From contig JAHRWA010000008.1 of NCBI GenBank assembly GCA_019090455.1, positions 8,083 through 72,082 on the forward strand: a stretch of 64,000 bases of DNA, written 5' to 3'. The stretch is from Pseudomonadales bacterium. GTDB taxonomy: Bacteria > Pseudomonadota > Gammaproteobacteria > Pseudomonadales > DC-out160. The translations under genes and the position numbers were made by a program. The notes below the pieces were generated by a model. That model made no database searches, had not been told where the DNA came from, and worked only from the letters and a program-made list of their open reading frames with translations. Below, piece by piece: positions 26,876 to 37,069 of this stretch. Each line of letters opens with the position of its first letter. Position 1 is the first letter of the stretch.

Positions 26876-28435
26876 ATGGGAGAGCATCACGGTCCTGCGA
26901 AGGGCATCAAACGCTGGCTATTTGCGACGAATCATAAAGATATAGGCACCCTGTATTTGTGGTTTAGTTTCGCTATGTTTTTCGTTGGTGGATTGTTTGC
27001 CATGGTGATTCGGGCTGAGTTATTCCAGCCGGGATTACAGTTGGTGAATCCACAGTTCTTTAATCAGATGACAACGATGCATGGGTTGGTAATGGTTTTT
27101 GGTGCGGTGATGCCCGCCTTTGTCGGGTTAGCAAACTGGATGATTCCCATGATGATCGGTGCGCCGGATATGGCGCTACCGCGTATGAATAATTTGAGCT
27201 TTTGGTTGTTACCCGTTGCGGTGATTCTGCTGGTAAGTACCTTCTTTATGGAAGGTGGCGCGCCGGCATTTGGCTGGACTTTTTATGCGCCGTTATCCAC
27301 CACCTATGCGCCGCCATCCACCACCTTTTTTATCTTTGCTGTGCATATACTGGGAGCTTCGTCGATTATGGGGTCGATAAATATTTTGGCGACCATAATT
27401 AATTTGCGCGCGCCGGGTATGACGTACATGAAAATGCCGATGTTTGTGTGGACGTGGGCCATTACCGCATTTTTGCTGATTGCCGCAATGCCCGTGTTAG
27501 CCGGTGTGGTCACCATGATGTTAATGGATATCCATTTTGGAACTTCCTTTTTTAGTGCGGCAGGGGGTGGTGATCCGGTGTTGTTTCAACATGTATTCTG
27601 GTTCTTTGGGCATCCTGAGGTGTATATTATTATTCTGCCTGCATTTGGTGTGATTTCTGAAATTATCCCTACGTTTTCCAGAAAACCTTTGTTCGGTTAT
27701 TCCTCCATGGTTTATGCCACCGCGTCTATCGCCTTTTTGAGTTTTATCGTTTGGGCTCATCATATGTACACTACAGGGATGCCTTTGGCTGGTGAGCTTT
27801 ATTTTATGTATGCGACGATGTTGATTGCTGTGCCAACGGGAGTGAAGGTGTTTAACTGGGTTGCCACTATGTTTGGTGGGGCACTGACCTTTGAGGCACC
27901 CATGTTATTTGCCGTCGCAACGGTATTTCTTTTTTCGTTGGGTGGATTTACCGGGTTGATGCTAGCGATTGCACCCATCGATTTTGCCTATCAAGAATCT
28001 TATTTTGTGGTAGCTCATTTCCATTACACCATGGTGGCTGGTGCCATTTTTAGTATCTCCGGGGCGATTTATTTTTGGTTACCCAAATGGACAGGGAAAA
28101 TGTACAACGAAACATTGGCGAAGTTACATTTCTGGATCGCGTTCGTGGGATTTAATGTCACTTTCTTCCCACAGCATTTTGTCGGGTTAGCAGGGATGCC
28201 ACGTCGGACCCCGGATTATGCATTACAGTTTGCTGATTTCAATATGATCTCAAGTTTGGGCTCTTTTGTTTATGCTATTGCACAGCTAATCTTTCTGTTC
28301 GTTATTATCCAAACTATTCGAAGTGGTACTAAGAGTTCAGAAGAGAAAACTTGGGATGGGGCAAATGGATTGGAGTGGACGATTCCAAGTCCAGCCCCTT
28401 TTCATACGTTTTCGACTCCTCCCACTGTAAAATAG
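26876..28435 (+). CDS. ctaD: Cytochrome c oxidase subunit I
   Basis: Motifs include TNHKDIGTLY and WFFGHPEVYI. The 519-aa protein is predicted as a 12-TM heme-copper oxidase. Confidence 0.95.
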   Translation: MGEHHGPAKGIKRWLFATNHKDIGTLYLWFSFAMFFVGGLFAMVIRAELFQPGLQLVNPQFFNQMTTMHGLVMVFGAVMPAFVGLANWMIPMMIGAPDMALPRMNNLSFWLLPVAVILLVSTFFMEGGAPAFGWTFYAPLSTTYAPPSTTFFIFAVHILGASSIMGSINILATIINLRAPGMTYMKMPMFVWTWAITAFLLIAAMPVLAGVVTMMLMDIHFGTSFFSAAGGGDPVLFQHVFWFFGHPEVYIIILPAFGVISEIIPTFSRKPLFGYSSMVYATASIAFLSFIVWAHHMYTTGMPLAGELYFMYATMLIAVPTGVKVFNWVATMFGGALTFEAPMLFAVATVFLFSLGGFTGLMLAIAPIDFAYQESYFVVAHFHYTMVAGAIFSISGAIYFWLPKWTGKMYNETLAKLHFWIAFVGFNVTFFPQHFVGLAGMPRRTPDYALQFADFNMISSLGSFVYAIAQLIFLFVIIQTIRSGTKSSEEKTWDGANGLEWTIPSPAPFHTFSTPPTVK

Positions 28436-28482
28436 CTTCTATCAACAATCTAGATTAACCATTTAAGGGAAGGGAGACGTTA

Positions 28483-29421
28483 GTGACTTCTACAGATAAT
28501 CAATCTTATTATGTACCCGACAGCAGTCCGTTGGCTGTCTCCACCTCGGTTGCCGCAGGGGTACTGATTGCAGGTATTGCAGTCGCTCTCAATGGAATGA
28601 CTTTTGGTGATGGAGGGGGAGCTGGATGGTCGATCTCGTTAGTTGGGTTGGTGCTACTGACAGCGGTTCTATTTTCTTGGTTTCGAACAACGATTGTTGA
28701 AAATCGGCAGCGCATGGCTTCTGCGCAGTTGAAGAGATCTTATGTGTTGGGGATTCAGTGGTTTATTTTTTCTGAGATTTGTTTTTTCGCTGCATTTTTT
28801 GGCTCGCTGTTTTATGTTCGAAACCTGGTGGGTCCCTGGTTGGGCGGAGAGGGGACCAAGATGGGGGGCACTAATGAATTGTTGTGGCAAGGCTTTCAGT
28901 TTGCTTGGCCCATGCAAATTACACCTCAGGATGCGGTTGGAATCAATAATCAGATGCCTGCCAATAATGGTATTTATTCCGGTGCCGATCAGGTGATGCA
29001 TTGGAACGGAATCCCTCTTATTAACACCTTGTTGTTGCTGAGCTCTAGTGTCACAGTGCATATAGCGCATCATGCATTGAAGGCAGGTAAAAAATCCGGT
29101 TTTAATCTGTGGTTAGCCATTACGTTGCTATTGGGGTTCGCCTTCGTGGGTTTTCAGGTACTGGAGTATCATGAAGCCTACAATGAATTAGGTTTAACAT
29201 TAAAGTCTGGGATTTACGGGTCGACCTTTTTTATTCTCACGGGGTTTCATGGGTTTCACGTGTGTATGGGGGCTATAATGTTATCGGTGCAATGGCTGCG
29301 CTCCATTATGAAAGGCGACTTTACTGCGGATGATCATTTTGGATTTGAAGCCGCATCCTGGTATTGGCATTTTGTGGACGTGGTATGGGTAGGACTATTT
29401 CTATTCGTTTATATATTTTAA
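28483..29421 (+). CDS. coxC: Cytochrome c oxidase subunit III
   Basis: A GTG start follows GGGAGA. The C-terminal pattern is FFILTGFHGFHV...ASWYWHFVDVVW. Confidence 0.9.
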   Translation: MTSTDNQSYYVPDSSPLAVSTSVAAGVLIAGIAVALNGMTFGDGGGAGWSISLVGLVLLTAVLFSWFRTTIVENRQRMASAQLKRSYVLGIQWFIFSEICFFAAFFGSLFYVRNLVGPWLGGEGTKMGGTNELLWQGFQFAWPMQITPQDAVGINNQMPANNGIYSGADQVMHWNGIPLINTLLLLSSSVTVHIAHHALKAGKKSGFNLWLAITLLLGFAFVGFQVLEYHEAYNELGLTLKSGIYGSTFFILTGFHGFHVCMGAIMLSVQWLRSIMKGDFTADDHFGFEAASWYWHFVDVVWVGLFLFVYIF

Positions 29422-29512
29422 TCTGAAAGGGCTAGCAAGGTTCTTGTGCGATTAGGTTCTTTAATATTCGAGTCATTACAATTAATGGGATTTTGAGAAA
29501 AAGGAGCACATC

Positions 29513-29899
29513 GTGTCTTATTCTGAGTTGCTGGTAACATCTTTGGAAATGGCAGCAGATAAAATGGATGATATCACTGAGCAAGTGTATGCGCTTTATT
29601 TCAAGGCTAGCCCGGAGTCCAGAGATTTAATGGGGCATATGGATATGCTGATGTGCGGTCGCATGTTGAATGAAGTCATTACACTTATCATCATGCCTGA
29701 TAATGATTTGGAAGTGACGCTTAAATTTGAGGTCAAAACCCACGCAGCAAATGGCGTGGATCTTAATATGTATCTTCTTTTATTCAACGCGTTGCATTCT
29801 GTGATTCGAACTACTGTTGGTGATGGTTGGAATCCTGAATTTGAGTTAGCATGGAAAGAGCGCGTTGATTATCTGTGTGGCGTCATCAATACACCTTAG
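29513..29899 (+). CDS. Hypothetical 128-aa protein, possibly globin-fold
   Basis: A GTG start follows AAGGAG. The protein is all-helical in appearance and has a conserved-looking His (KTHAANGV). The globin idea is weak. Confidence 0.35.
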   Translation: MSYSELLVTSLEMAADKMDDITEQVYALYFKASPESRDLMGHMDMLMCGRMLNEVITLIIMPDNDLEVTLKFEVKTHAANGVDLNMYLLLFNALHSVIRTTVGDGWNPEFELAWKERVDYLCGVINTP

Positions 29900-30623
29900 G
29901 TATGACTTTAGATGTTCGCTGTTGGTAATCGAGATAGTTCTTCCCTAAGGTTTTAGCCAAGCCTTTTTCTTCAAAGTGCATGCCTAATAAAATATAAATG
30001 GACATGCCGATTGAAAAAACTAAATGCCCAGTCGTCATGGTGGGTATCGTCCAAAATACAATAAACATGCCGAGCATCATCGGATGTCTAATCCATCGAT
30101 AGAATAGAACTTCGGTAAAAATGACGGGTGTGTAGGTCCTTTTAACAAAGTGTAACCACGATTGGCGCAATCCAAATAAATCAAAATGATCCGTTAAGAA
30201 TGTCGATAGCAATACGAATATCCACCCGAGCGCAAATAAACCCCAAATACAATTAATGGCTGTGGGGTTTTCCACTTGCCAGATAATTCCTGCCATTGGC
30301 TGCCAAAAATGCATCAATATCGCTAAAACAATTCCTGATACGAGAACGTAAGTGCTGCGTTCAATATAGTGAGGGATCACGGGCTCGATCATGTCTTTGA
30401 ACCAGCCCCGTGCCATGACGCTGTGCTGAACACCCCATAACAACAACAATCCAATGTTTACTATAAGCGCGTTAAGTGCACTGACAGTCACCTCAGCCGA
30501 GAGGGTTTTCGTCACCACTAGATCGCCAACAAACCCCATAAAATAAAGAAAGACAGCGAAAAAAAACAAGTAGCTCATTATTGAATACAGCATCGAAAAA
30601 AATCGCATAACTGACTCCGTCAA
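29886..30623 (-). CDS. Integral-membrane methyltransferase of the ICMT/PEMT-like family (MddA-like possibility)
   Basis: The protein is multi-TM, with WGVQHSVMARGWFK near the N-terminus and FYRWIRHPMMLG (the RHPxY/M motif of ICMT-type enzymes). Confidence 0.55.
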   Translation of the reverse strand: MTESVMRFFSMLYSIMSYLFFFAVFLYFMGFVGDLVVTKTLSAEVTVSALNALIVNIGLLLLWGVQHSVMARGWFKDMIEPVIPHYIERSTYVLVSGIVLAILMHFWQPMAGIIWQVENPTAINCIWGLFALGWIFVLLSTFLTDHFDLFGLRQSWLHFVKRTYTPVIFTEVLFYRWIRHPMMLGMFIVFWTIPTMTTGHLVFSIGMSIYILLGMHFEEKGLAKTLGKNYLDYQQRTSKVIPKVY

Positions 30624-30732
30624 AAATAGAAATTATGTTGTAAAACAATGTTTATATAAAAAAGTGCCCAATATAGAAGGCCGAGTAAATTACGTGTTTT
30701 TGGTCTGGTTTGCAATCTCGAGGCGAAATGCA

Positions 30733-30751
30733 ATTGACAATCATTATCATT
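30733..30751. promoter_or_regulatory. Fur-box-like operator upstream of bfd-bfr
   Basis: ATTGACAATCATTATCATT closely matches the right half and core of the GATAATGATAATCATTATC consensus. It lies 42 bp upstream of the bfd ATG. Confidence 0.6.
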
Positions 30752-30792
30752 TAGATTACATTTACTACATCTCTTCTTTATAGGCAGCAGTC

Positions 30793-31026
30793 ATGTATAT
30801 CTGCTTGTGCAAAGGCATAACTGATACTCAAATCCGAGAAACCGTATTAAACGGGTCCGCTACATCGCTAGGTGACGTTCAGAATCAGTTGGGCGTTGGA
30901 TCTCAATGTGGAGGGTGTGTCGAGAGTGCGGATCAAGTTATTCAGCTAGCGTTGGCGCAGCTGAATAAGCCTCATGTCATGGAGCCAATGGCTGCTAAGC
31001 TTTTTTATCCTCTCCTTTCAACTTGA
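30793..31026 (+). CDS. bfd: Bacterioferritin-associated ferredoxin (BFD-like [2Fe-2S])
   Basis: MYICLCKGITDTQI...GSQCGGC supplies the four Cys of the BFD domain. The gene lies directly upstream of bfr. Confidence 0.85.
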   Translation: MYICLCKGITDTQIRETVLNGSATSLGDVQNQLGVGSQCGGCVESADQVIQLALAQLNKPHVMEPMAAKLFYPLLST

Positions 31027-31085
31027 CAAGAAAATAACCGTTGACCAGACTCTTTCATTCTATAAATCCAAATAGAGGTTTTGTA

Positions 31086-31556
31086 ATGAAAGGCGATATC
31101 AAGGTCATTGAGTATCTCAATACCGTTCTTGGTAATGAGCTGGTAGCCATTAACCAATATTTCCTACACGCCAAAATGTTCCAAGATTGGGGGCTCACCG
31201 AGCTTTTCGAGCATGAGCATCATGAATCAATTGATGAAATGAAGCATGCCGATAAATTGGTTTCACGCATTTTGTTTCTTGAAGGTCTACCCAATTTACA
31301 AAGCCTCGGTAAGTTGATGATTGGTGAGAATACAAAGGAAATGCTTGAGTGCGATTTGAAGTTGGAAATGCAAGGTCTATCTGCTCTTAAAGAAGCCATT
31401 AGTTATTGTGAGCAATGCCAAGATTATGTGAGTCGCGAATTGTTTGAAGAAATTCTTGAATCTGAAGAGTCACATATTGATTGGTTAGAGACGCAACTGT
31501 CCTTGATCGGAAAAGTCAGTGAGCAAAACTATTTGCAAAGCAAAATGAAGGGTTAG
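31086..31556 (+). CDS. bfr: Bacterioferritin
   Basis: The sequence is [32 protein letters not shown]...[17 protein letters not shown]...[12 protein letters not shown]. The track ORF has a 15-codon upstream extension. Confidence 0.92.
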   Translation: MKGDIKVIEYLNTVLGNELVAINQYFLHAKMFQDWGLTELFEHEHHESIDEMKHADKLVSRILFLEGLPNLQSLGKLMIGENTKEMLECDLKLEMQGLSALKEAISYCEQCQDYVSRELFEEILESEESHIDWLETQLSLIGKVSEQNYLQSKMKG

Positions 31557-31612
31557 TTACCCAAATATTTTAGGCTGGCTCAATTGTTTCGTTATGCGAA
31601 TGCTATTCGTAA

Positions 31613-32371
31613 TTAAATAATCACAACAGTATCATCGTCAGTTTTGATTGCCTTTGCCGAATATTGCCAATGGTGGGATATATTGTTCGTGGTCAGTATT
31701 GTTTGTGGTGTATCAAATTCCGCTATGACACCCTCATTTAATATGGCGCAATGATCGCAGTAACGCATGACTTGATTTAAATCGTGTAGAACTGCGATGA
31801 CTGTGTAGCTCTGTTTTTGACATAACTCTTTACATAAAGTCAGAATGTTGTGTTGTTGACCTAAATCCTGAGCGGCGGTGGGTTCATCCAACAGTAATAA
31901 TGGTTGTTGTTCGGCTTGGCTTAATTGAACTAATACTCGGGCCAGTTGCACTCTTTGTTTTTCGCCACCGGAAAGTGACGGGAAGGCTCGCTCCGATAAA
32001 TGCAGGCAGTGCGTAGCGCGCATCTTTTTTCGTATCAGTTGTTTGGCATCGGATTGAGTTATGTTTAAGGGCGTTAAGCCTAGGGCAATAACTTCGAATG
32101 CGCTGAAAGAAAAACTGAGTTGACTGCTTTGTGGTAACACCGCTAAATGTTTCGCGCGATGGAGTCTAGGCCATTGTTTGAGGTCTTGACGATGTAATTC
32201 GATGTTTCCTTGGTAGTTTATTTCGCCGGCAATAGATTTAATCAGTGTTGATTTTCCTGATCCATTGGGTCCAATTACGGCAACAAACTTGCCGCTATTG
32301 AAATGTAGAAACGGGATGTGGAGTAAGGTTTTCTTTCCACTCTGGCAGTGTAGTGAGCGAATCTTTAACAT
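31613..32371 (-). CDS. hmuV: Heme/iron-complex ABC transporter ATP-binding protein
   Basis: The Walker A motif is GPNGSGKST, the signature is LSGGEKQR and the Walker B motif is LLLLDEP. The gene is in an operon with a FecCD permease and a hemin-type binding protein. Confidence 0.85.
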   Translation of the reverse strand: MLKIRSLHCQSGKKTLLHIPFLHFNSGKFVAVIGPNGSGKSTLIKSIAGEINYQGNIELHRQDLKQWPRLHRAKHLAVLPQSSQLSFSFSAFEVIALGLTPLNITQSDAKQLIRKKMRATHCLHLSERAFPSLSGGEKQRVQLARVLVQLSQAEQQPLLLLDEPTAAQDLGQQHNILTLCKELCQKQSYTVIAVLHDLNQVMRYCDHCAILNEGVIAEFDTPQTILTTNNISHHWQYSAKAIKTDDDTVVII

Positions 32372-32384
32372 AGCATCTCTTGTC

Positions 32385-33407
32385 TTACAGAATGTGTTTG
32401 CGCTGTTGAATGAGTAGAAGAATAAAAAAAGGAGCGCCTAAAAGTGCAGTGACTAGTCCCACGGGTAATTCCGCTGGCTGGACTAGGAGTCGAGCGCTTA
32501 AGTCACCTATCACGAGTAGCAAAGCGCCGCACAATGCGGATAGTGGTAGTAAGCTATGGTGATTAGGGCCGCTAATGATGCGTATAAAGTGGGGGATAAC
32601 CAAACCCACAAATCCAATCACGCCCGCTGCCGATACCGCAATACCGACACCAATGGCAGTGAGTATTATGAGTTCGAGTTTCAGTTTTTCGACTGCGATA
32701 CCTAAATGTCGTGCTTCAGCTTCACCTAGTAGGAGAGCGTTCAGCGCTGTCGATTTTCTTCTAAAGCAATAGCTGAGAATGGCGAGAGTGATAAATGCGA
32801 GTATTAGGTTGGTATCATTTGCCCCATTTAATGAGCCCATTTGCCATAAGCTTAATTCCCGTAATTTCTGATCGTCAGTAAAGTAGCTCATGAAGCCGAT
32901 TCCAGCCCCAGCGAAGGATGAAATGGCAATGCCGGCTAGCAGTAAGACTAAAATTGAAGTGCCTTGTTTCGATTGGGCTAGGGCATAAACCAATAGGGTG
33001 CTAACGAGCCCACCTAAAAACGCAAGTAAAGGCACCGCCCAGATTTTCATTTCATTGGGGAAAAAGGCAATGGCGATTACGGCTCCGATTGCCGCCCCCG
33101 CCGATACTCCTATGATGCCTGGATCGGCTAAAGGGTTTCGAAATAGTCCCTGCATGACTGCACCACACTGAGCCAAAATAGCGCCGACGGCAATGGCTAG
33201 AAGTAGGCGCGGTAAGCGCAATTCAACAATAATGGCTTCTTGGTAAGTCAGTAGCTGACTGTATTGGCTTCCACTGAAATAATCTACTACCGATAATAAG
33301 CTTTCGTCTGCTGGCAATGGCATCGCACCCAAGCTCAATGATAATAAACTGAATATGACTAATGTCGTAGTCAATATCAGCGCGCAGGAATAAAAGGGAA
33401 ATCGCAT
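32385..33407 (-). CDS. hmuU: FecCD-family ABC permease (heme)
   Basis: The 340-aa polytopic protein has typical RNPLADPGIIGVSAGA and GPNHHSLLPLSAL..G motifs. Confidence 0.85.
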   Translation of the reverse strand: MRFPFYSCALILTTTLVIFSLLSLSLGAMPLPADESLLSVVDYFSGSQYSQLLTYQEAIIVELRLPRLLLAIAVGAILAQCGAVMQGLFRNPLADPGIIGVSAGAAIGAVIAIAFFPNEMKIWAVPLLAFLGGLVSTLLVYALAQSKQGTSILVLLLAGIAISSFAGAGIGFMSYFTDDQKLRELSLWQMGSLNGANDTNLILAFITLAILSYCFRRKSTALNALLLGEAEARHLGIAVEKLKLELIILTAIGVGIAVSAAGVIGFVGLVIPHFIRIISGPNHHSLLPLSALCGALLLVIGDLSARLLVQPAELPVGLVTALLGAPFFILLLIQQRKHIL

Positions 33408-34264
33408 TATCTTTTCACCACCTGTGATGACGCCTGTGCGAGGCGAATCGCTTCGTCTATGGCGGCGATGCTTAAGCCGGCAATAATGCTGCTACTGTTG
33501 ATCGAATAGATTGCATTGTTAATATTGGCTTTGGTGTGTTTGAGTATCGGGTTGGCTTCGAATAATTCCTGTATTGCCAAGTCTTGATTACGGCCAGCCA
33601 CGATAATTATGTCGGCATCCAATGCCAGTATGGATTCCGCTGATACGTTTTGATAATTGTTAAAATCCACTACATTTTTAGCGTTTAGTACTTCTATAAA
33701 GGCATTGGCCGTCGTGTCCAAGCCGCCCAAGCGTAATTTTTTTGGATCCATGCTAAGTAGAAAGGCGACTTTCTTCTTCGACCATCTATTGTTTTTCAGC
33801 TGCTGTTCTTGTCGTTCTAGTTTTTTGAGTAAGGGGCCGGCTTTGTTTGTTGTGTTCAGTGTTTTTGCTAGGTTTTGAATGTTGCTGCGTACATCACCAA
33901 TATTTTTAGAATTGACTAATTGTATCAACTTTATGTCGGTTTTTAGTAAAGCACTAATGACGGGAGGGGGGCCCATGTGGTCGCTACCAATAATATGGCT
34001 GGGGTTGAGGCTCAGCAAGCCTTCGGCAGAAAGGTTGCGATGATAACCAATGTTAGCCAATGCGCGGTAGTTTGTCGGAGTCTGGCTAGTGACATCGATG
34101 GCTATTAAATTTTCATCTTTTCCTAGTGCAAAAAGAAGCTCGGTAACCGATGCGTTAGTGCTAATAATGCGTGCGTCATCTGCTCGTGAATAATGGCTTG
34201 ATATCAATATCAGTGCCGAGAGTAAAATGCTAACTATGCGTGATTTGTACGTTGTCATCGTCAT
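33407..34264 (-). CDS. hmuT: Periplasmic hemin-binding protein of the ABC transporter
   Basis: The protein has a signal peptide and a cluster-A binding-protein pattern (RIIS.....TELLFALG....LIAID; AFLLS...). It is the first gene of the hmuTUV operon. Confidence 0.75.
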   Translation of the reverse strand: MTMTTYKSRIVSILLSALILISSHYSRADDARIISTNASVTELLFALGKDENLIAIDVTSQTPTNYRALANIGYHRNLSAEGLLSLNPSHIIGSDHMGPPPVISALLKTDIKLIQLVNSKNIGDVRSNIQNLAKTLNTTNKAGPLLKKLERQEQQLKNNRWSKKKVAFLLSMDPKKLRLGGLDTTANAFIEVLNAKNVVDFNNYQNVSAESILALDADIIIVAGRNQDLAIQELFEANPILKHTKANINNAIYSINSSSIIAGLSIAAIDEAIRLAQASSQVVKR

Positions 34265-34323
34265 TTATCTTGTATTGCGAATTGATTCATTAAGATTAAG
34301 GTAACAGCTTTAGTTAGGAATGT

Positions 34324-34343
34324 GAATAATAATGATTCGCATT
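34324..34343. promoter_or_regulatory. Fur-box-like sequence in the divergent hmuT / hutZ-like promoter region
   Basis: GAATAATAATGATTCGCATT is an AT-rich partial match to the Fur consensus. A second weaker match (GCGAATTGATTCATTAAG) lies at about 34275-34292. Confidence 0.45.
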
Positions 34344-34396
34344 TACAATACCTGGGTTGATGTTATATGCTCGTGGTATTCGAGAGGGAGATAAAA

Positions 34397-34921
34397 ATGA
34401 AAAGTATGAAGCTAGAAGAAAAAATAAAGAATGAAGTGTTAGATTTTATTGCTAGCCGAAAGAGTTTACATCTTGCGACGATTACCGGCGCAGGAGAACC
34501 CTTTATTTCTTACGCCCCCTTTGCTTTGGGTGACAATTGTATCTATGTGCTGATTAGTGAGATTGCGTTGCATGCGGTGAACCTTCAGGAGCTGCCGAAG
34601 GGATCTGTGATGATGGTGGAAGACGAAGGTACGGCGAAAGAACTGTTCGCTCGTATTCGTGTGAGTTACTCCGTGGAATCGCAAATGCTAGAGCATGACA
34701 AAGAGGAGTGGATAAAAGGAATCAAAATTATGGCGGCGCGTCATGGAGATAGAATCAAGAATTTGAGTGAGTTGTCTGACTTCAAACTTTTTAAATTGTT
34801 ACCCATCAGTGGGCGCTATGTTAAAGGATTTGGTCGCGCTTATAGTTTGGCGGGTGGTTCTCTTGCGGGTGATTTGGTTCAGCATCTACGTGATGGTCAT
34901 AAAAAACGGGCGGTTGCGTAG
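34397..34921 (+). CDS. HutZ/HugZ-like heme utilization protein (PNPOx-like split-barrel fold)
   Basis: The ATG follows GGGAGA. The pattern FIASRKSLHLATITGAGEPFISYAPF...RIRVSY is typical of this family, and the gene sits in a heme-uptake context. Confidence 0.6.
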   Translation: MKSMKLEEKIKNEVLDFIASRKSLHLATITGAGEPFISYAPFALGDNCIYVLISEIALHAVNLQELPKGSVMMVEDEGTAKELFARIRVSYSVESQMLEHDKEEWIKGIKIMAARHGDRIKNLSELSDFKLFKLLPISGRYVKGFGRAYSLAGGSLAGDLVQHLRDGHKKRAVA

Positions 34922-34931
34922 TGGATTTATT

Positions 34932-34973
34932 AGTTAGCTGTTATGGGTTAGGAGTTAGCTGTCATGGGTTAGG
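34932..34973. repeat. Two tandem 21-bp direct repeats upstream of the TonB-dependent receptor gene
   Basis: agttagctgttatgggttagg is followed by agttagctgtcatgggttagg (one mismatch). More TTAGG-containing sequence continues up to the start codon at 35013. Confidence 0.85.
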
Positions 34974-35012
34974 TATTAGGTTCTATGAGTTAGACATTAG
35001 GAGATATTAGGG

Positions 35013-37022
35013 GTGCGATTATTTGGAAAAATACATTGGGCATTCTGTTTAGTGTTGATATTCGGATCTGAAATATCACTCTCAGCACTCACCCTGGAGC
35101 TTGATAATGTGGTGGTAACGGGTACCCGCACTGAGAAATTATCTCGAGAGTCTCCCGTTCGTACGGAGGTGGTTAGCGAAGAGGAAATTCTCACCATTCA
35201 TGCTCGAGACCTTAAAGAAGCGCTGCAATACATGCCGGGACTTCAGTTACGTGAAATTCACGGTAAATCGGGTTACGAGGTGTGGATTCAGGGTTTAAGT
35301 GCCGATCGCGTTCTTATATTGCTTGACGGTATGCCTATCACACCCACAACGGGATCATCAGTCGACGTCACACAATTGTCGATGATTGATGTGGAACGAG
35401 TGGAAGTGGTTAAAGGAGCGACATCTGCTCTATACGGTAGCGCCGCTATGGGGGGAGTGGTCAATCTTATAAGCAAACCCATAGCGTCGGGATTGCACGG
35501 TGAAGTCACTGGGGATGCAGGCACGTATTTCAGTCAAAACCCCAACGGCGATGGAGCGGAACCTAGCGCCTACCACGGGCGTGTCAGAGGTAGCGTTGGG
35601 TCCGAACAATGGCGACTACGGTTTGCAATTGATGAGAATAGCGCTGATGGGATAGACCCGGATCCAGATACTTGGAAACAGCCTGGGGATGAAATTACGC
35701 GCCAGAATATAGGTGCTCGATTGGAATGGCTTCCCTCAAAACAAGACGCCGAAGCTTATTTGCAATTGAGCTCCCTAGATGAAACCACTTTGTCTCGTTT
35801 CGTTGCCGATAATAATGCCAATAACATTTTGGAAAATAACAGCAAAAGCGAAGCGTTAGACCGGTTACGGATTGCCAGTGGCGTGAGTTGGCAATCGCCC
35901 AATCGATGGCGGTGGAGTTTGGATGGGTTACAAGAAACCTTGACTGACGATACCCGAAAGGAAAACCACAGCTTTCAATATCATTATGATTTTCGTGAAG
36001 CTGATTTCGACATCGCACGTTATAGCTTGCGACTGGAATTGCCACAGCTCGCTAATCAAATATGGATGTTTGGATTCGATTTGAGTGACGAGGCATTAAA
36101 CCAAGTTAAGAGTGCCAATAGTATTAGTGCATTTGAATGTGAGCTGGAAGGTTGTCATACCGAACGTGATGGACAAGAGTTTTTTATTCAGGATGATTTG
36201 TTTTTCGGTGAAAACTGGGAGTTATTGATTGGTGCTCGTTATCAAAAGGATTCTGATTTTGGTAATCATTTTGCACCCAAGTTCAATTTACGATATCAGT
36301 ATATTGATGAGTTAGAGAAGAATATATTTTTCCGCTTGGGTTGGGGAGGAGGGTACCGAGTTCCTAACTTGAAAGAACGATTTTTCGTTTTTGATCACAG
36401 TAATCTAGGTTATATGGTGTTGGGCAATCCAGAGTTGAAACCCGAAGAATCCTCGAGTTGGCAGTTCGGTATAGGGATGCAATGGCAGGAGAACCTCACG
36501 ATAGATATTAATTTTTTCTACAATGATCTGAGTGATTTAATACAAGCTGATTTTGAAGAATTCGATTCCAGCGGTGTCCAACTTTTTCGTTATCACAATC
36601 TTGATAAAGCGCAAACAAAAGGTGCAGAAATGACAGGGCGGTGGCGTTACCGATCTAACCTGAATTTTTCATGGGGCTATACCTTTCTTGAAGCTAAAGA
36701 TAAGGCGACGGAAGGTGATTTGACCCGTAGGCCACAGCATCAAATGAGTTTGGGGATGGATTGGCTTGATATTATTCCCGGTTTAAAACTGAGTGTGCGT
36801 GCAAGAGGGCAAAGTCATGAATTGGTTGATAGTAACAATGATCGCCGTTCGCCAGGCTGGGTTTTAGTGGATCTAAAGTTAAATAAAAAAGTAAACGACA
36901 ATGTCCAATTATTTTCTGGTTTGGATAATGTTTTAAACCGGCAGCGGGATTTTGAAACTGCTTTTGATTTTGCTCCGGTTGCGGGCCGATTCTTCTATGT
37001 CGGTTTCCGAGTTAGATATTAA
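35013..37022 (+). CDS. TonB-dependent outer-membrane receptor (heme/hemoprotein type by context)
   Basis: The protein has a signal peptide and plug-domain motifs (VVVTGTRTEK, ...PGLQLRE..., ILLDGMPI, VEVVKGATSALYGSAAMGGVVNLI). The C-terminal beta-strand ends in an aromatic residue. Confidence 0.88.
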   Translation: MRLFGKIHWAFCLVLIFGSEISLSALTLELDNVVVTGTRTEKLSRESPVRTEVVSEEEILTIHARDLKEALQYMPGLQLREIHGKSGYEVWIQGLSADRVLILLDGMPITPTTGSSVDVTQLSMIDVERVEVVKGATSALYGSAAMGGVVNLISKPIASGLHGEVTGDAGTYFSQNPNGDGAEPSAYHGRVRGSVGSEQWRLRFAIDENSADGIDPDPDTWKQPGDEITRQNIGARLEWLPSKQDAEAYLQLSSLDETTLSRFVADNNANNILENNSKSEALDRLRIASGVSWQSPNRWRWSLDGLQETLTDDTRKENHSFQYHYDFREADFDIARYSLRLELPQLANQIWMFGFDLSDEALNQVKSANSISAFECELEGCHTERDGQEFFIQDDLFFGENWELLIGARYQKDSDFGNHFAPKFNLRYQYIDELEKNIFFRLGWGGGYRVPNLKERFFVFDHSNLGYMVLGNPELKPEESSSWQFGIGMQWQENLTIDINFFYNDLSDLIQADFEEFDSSGVQLFRYHNLDKAQTKGAEMTGRWRYRSNLNFSWGYTFLEAKDKATEGDLTRRPQHQMSLGMDWLDIIPGLKLSVRARGQSHELVDSNNDRRSPGWVLVDLKLNKKVNDNVQLFSGLDNVLNRQRDFETAFDFAPVAGRFFYVGFRVRY

Positions 37023-37069
37023 CAATAACGATTAACAAATGTCGATTAATTTAAAAAAGGGGATAAAAG

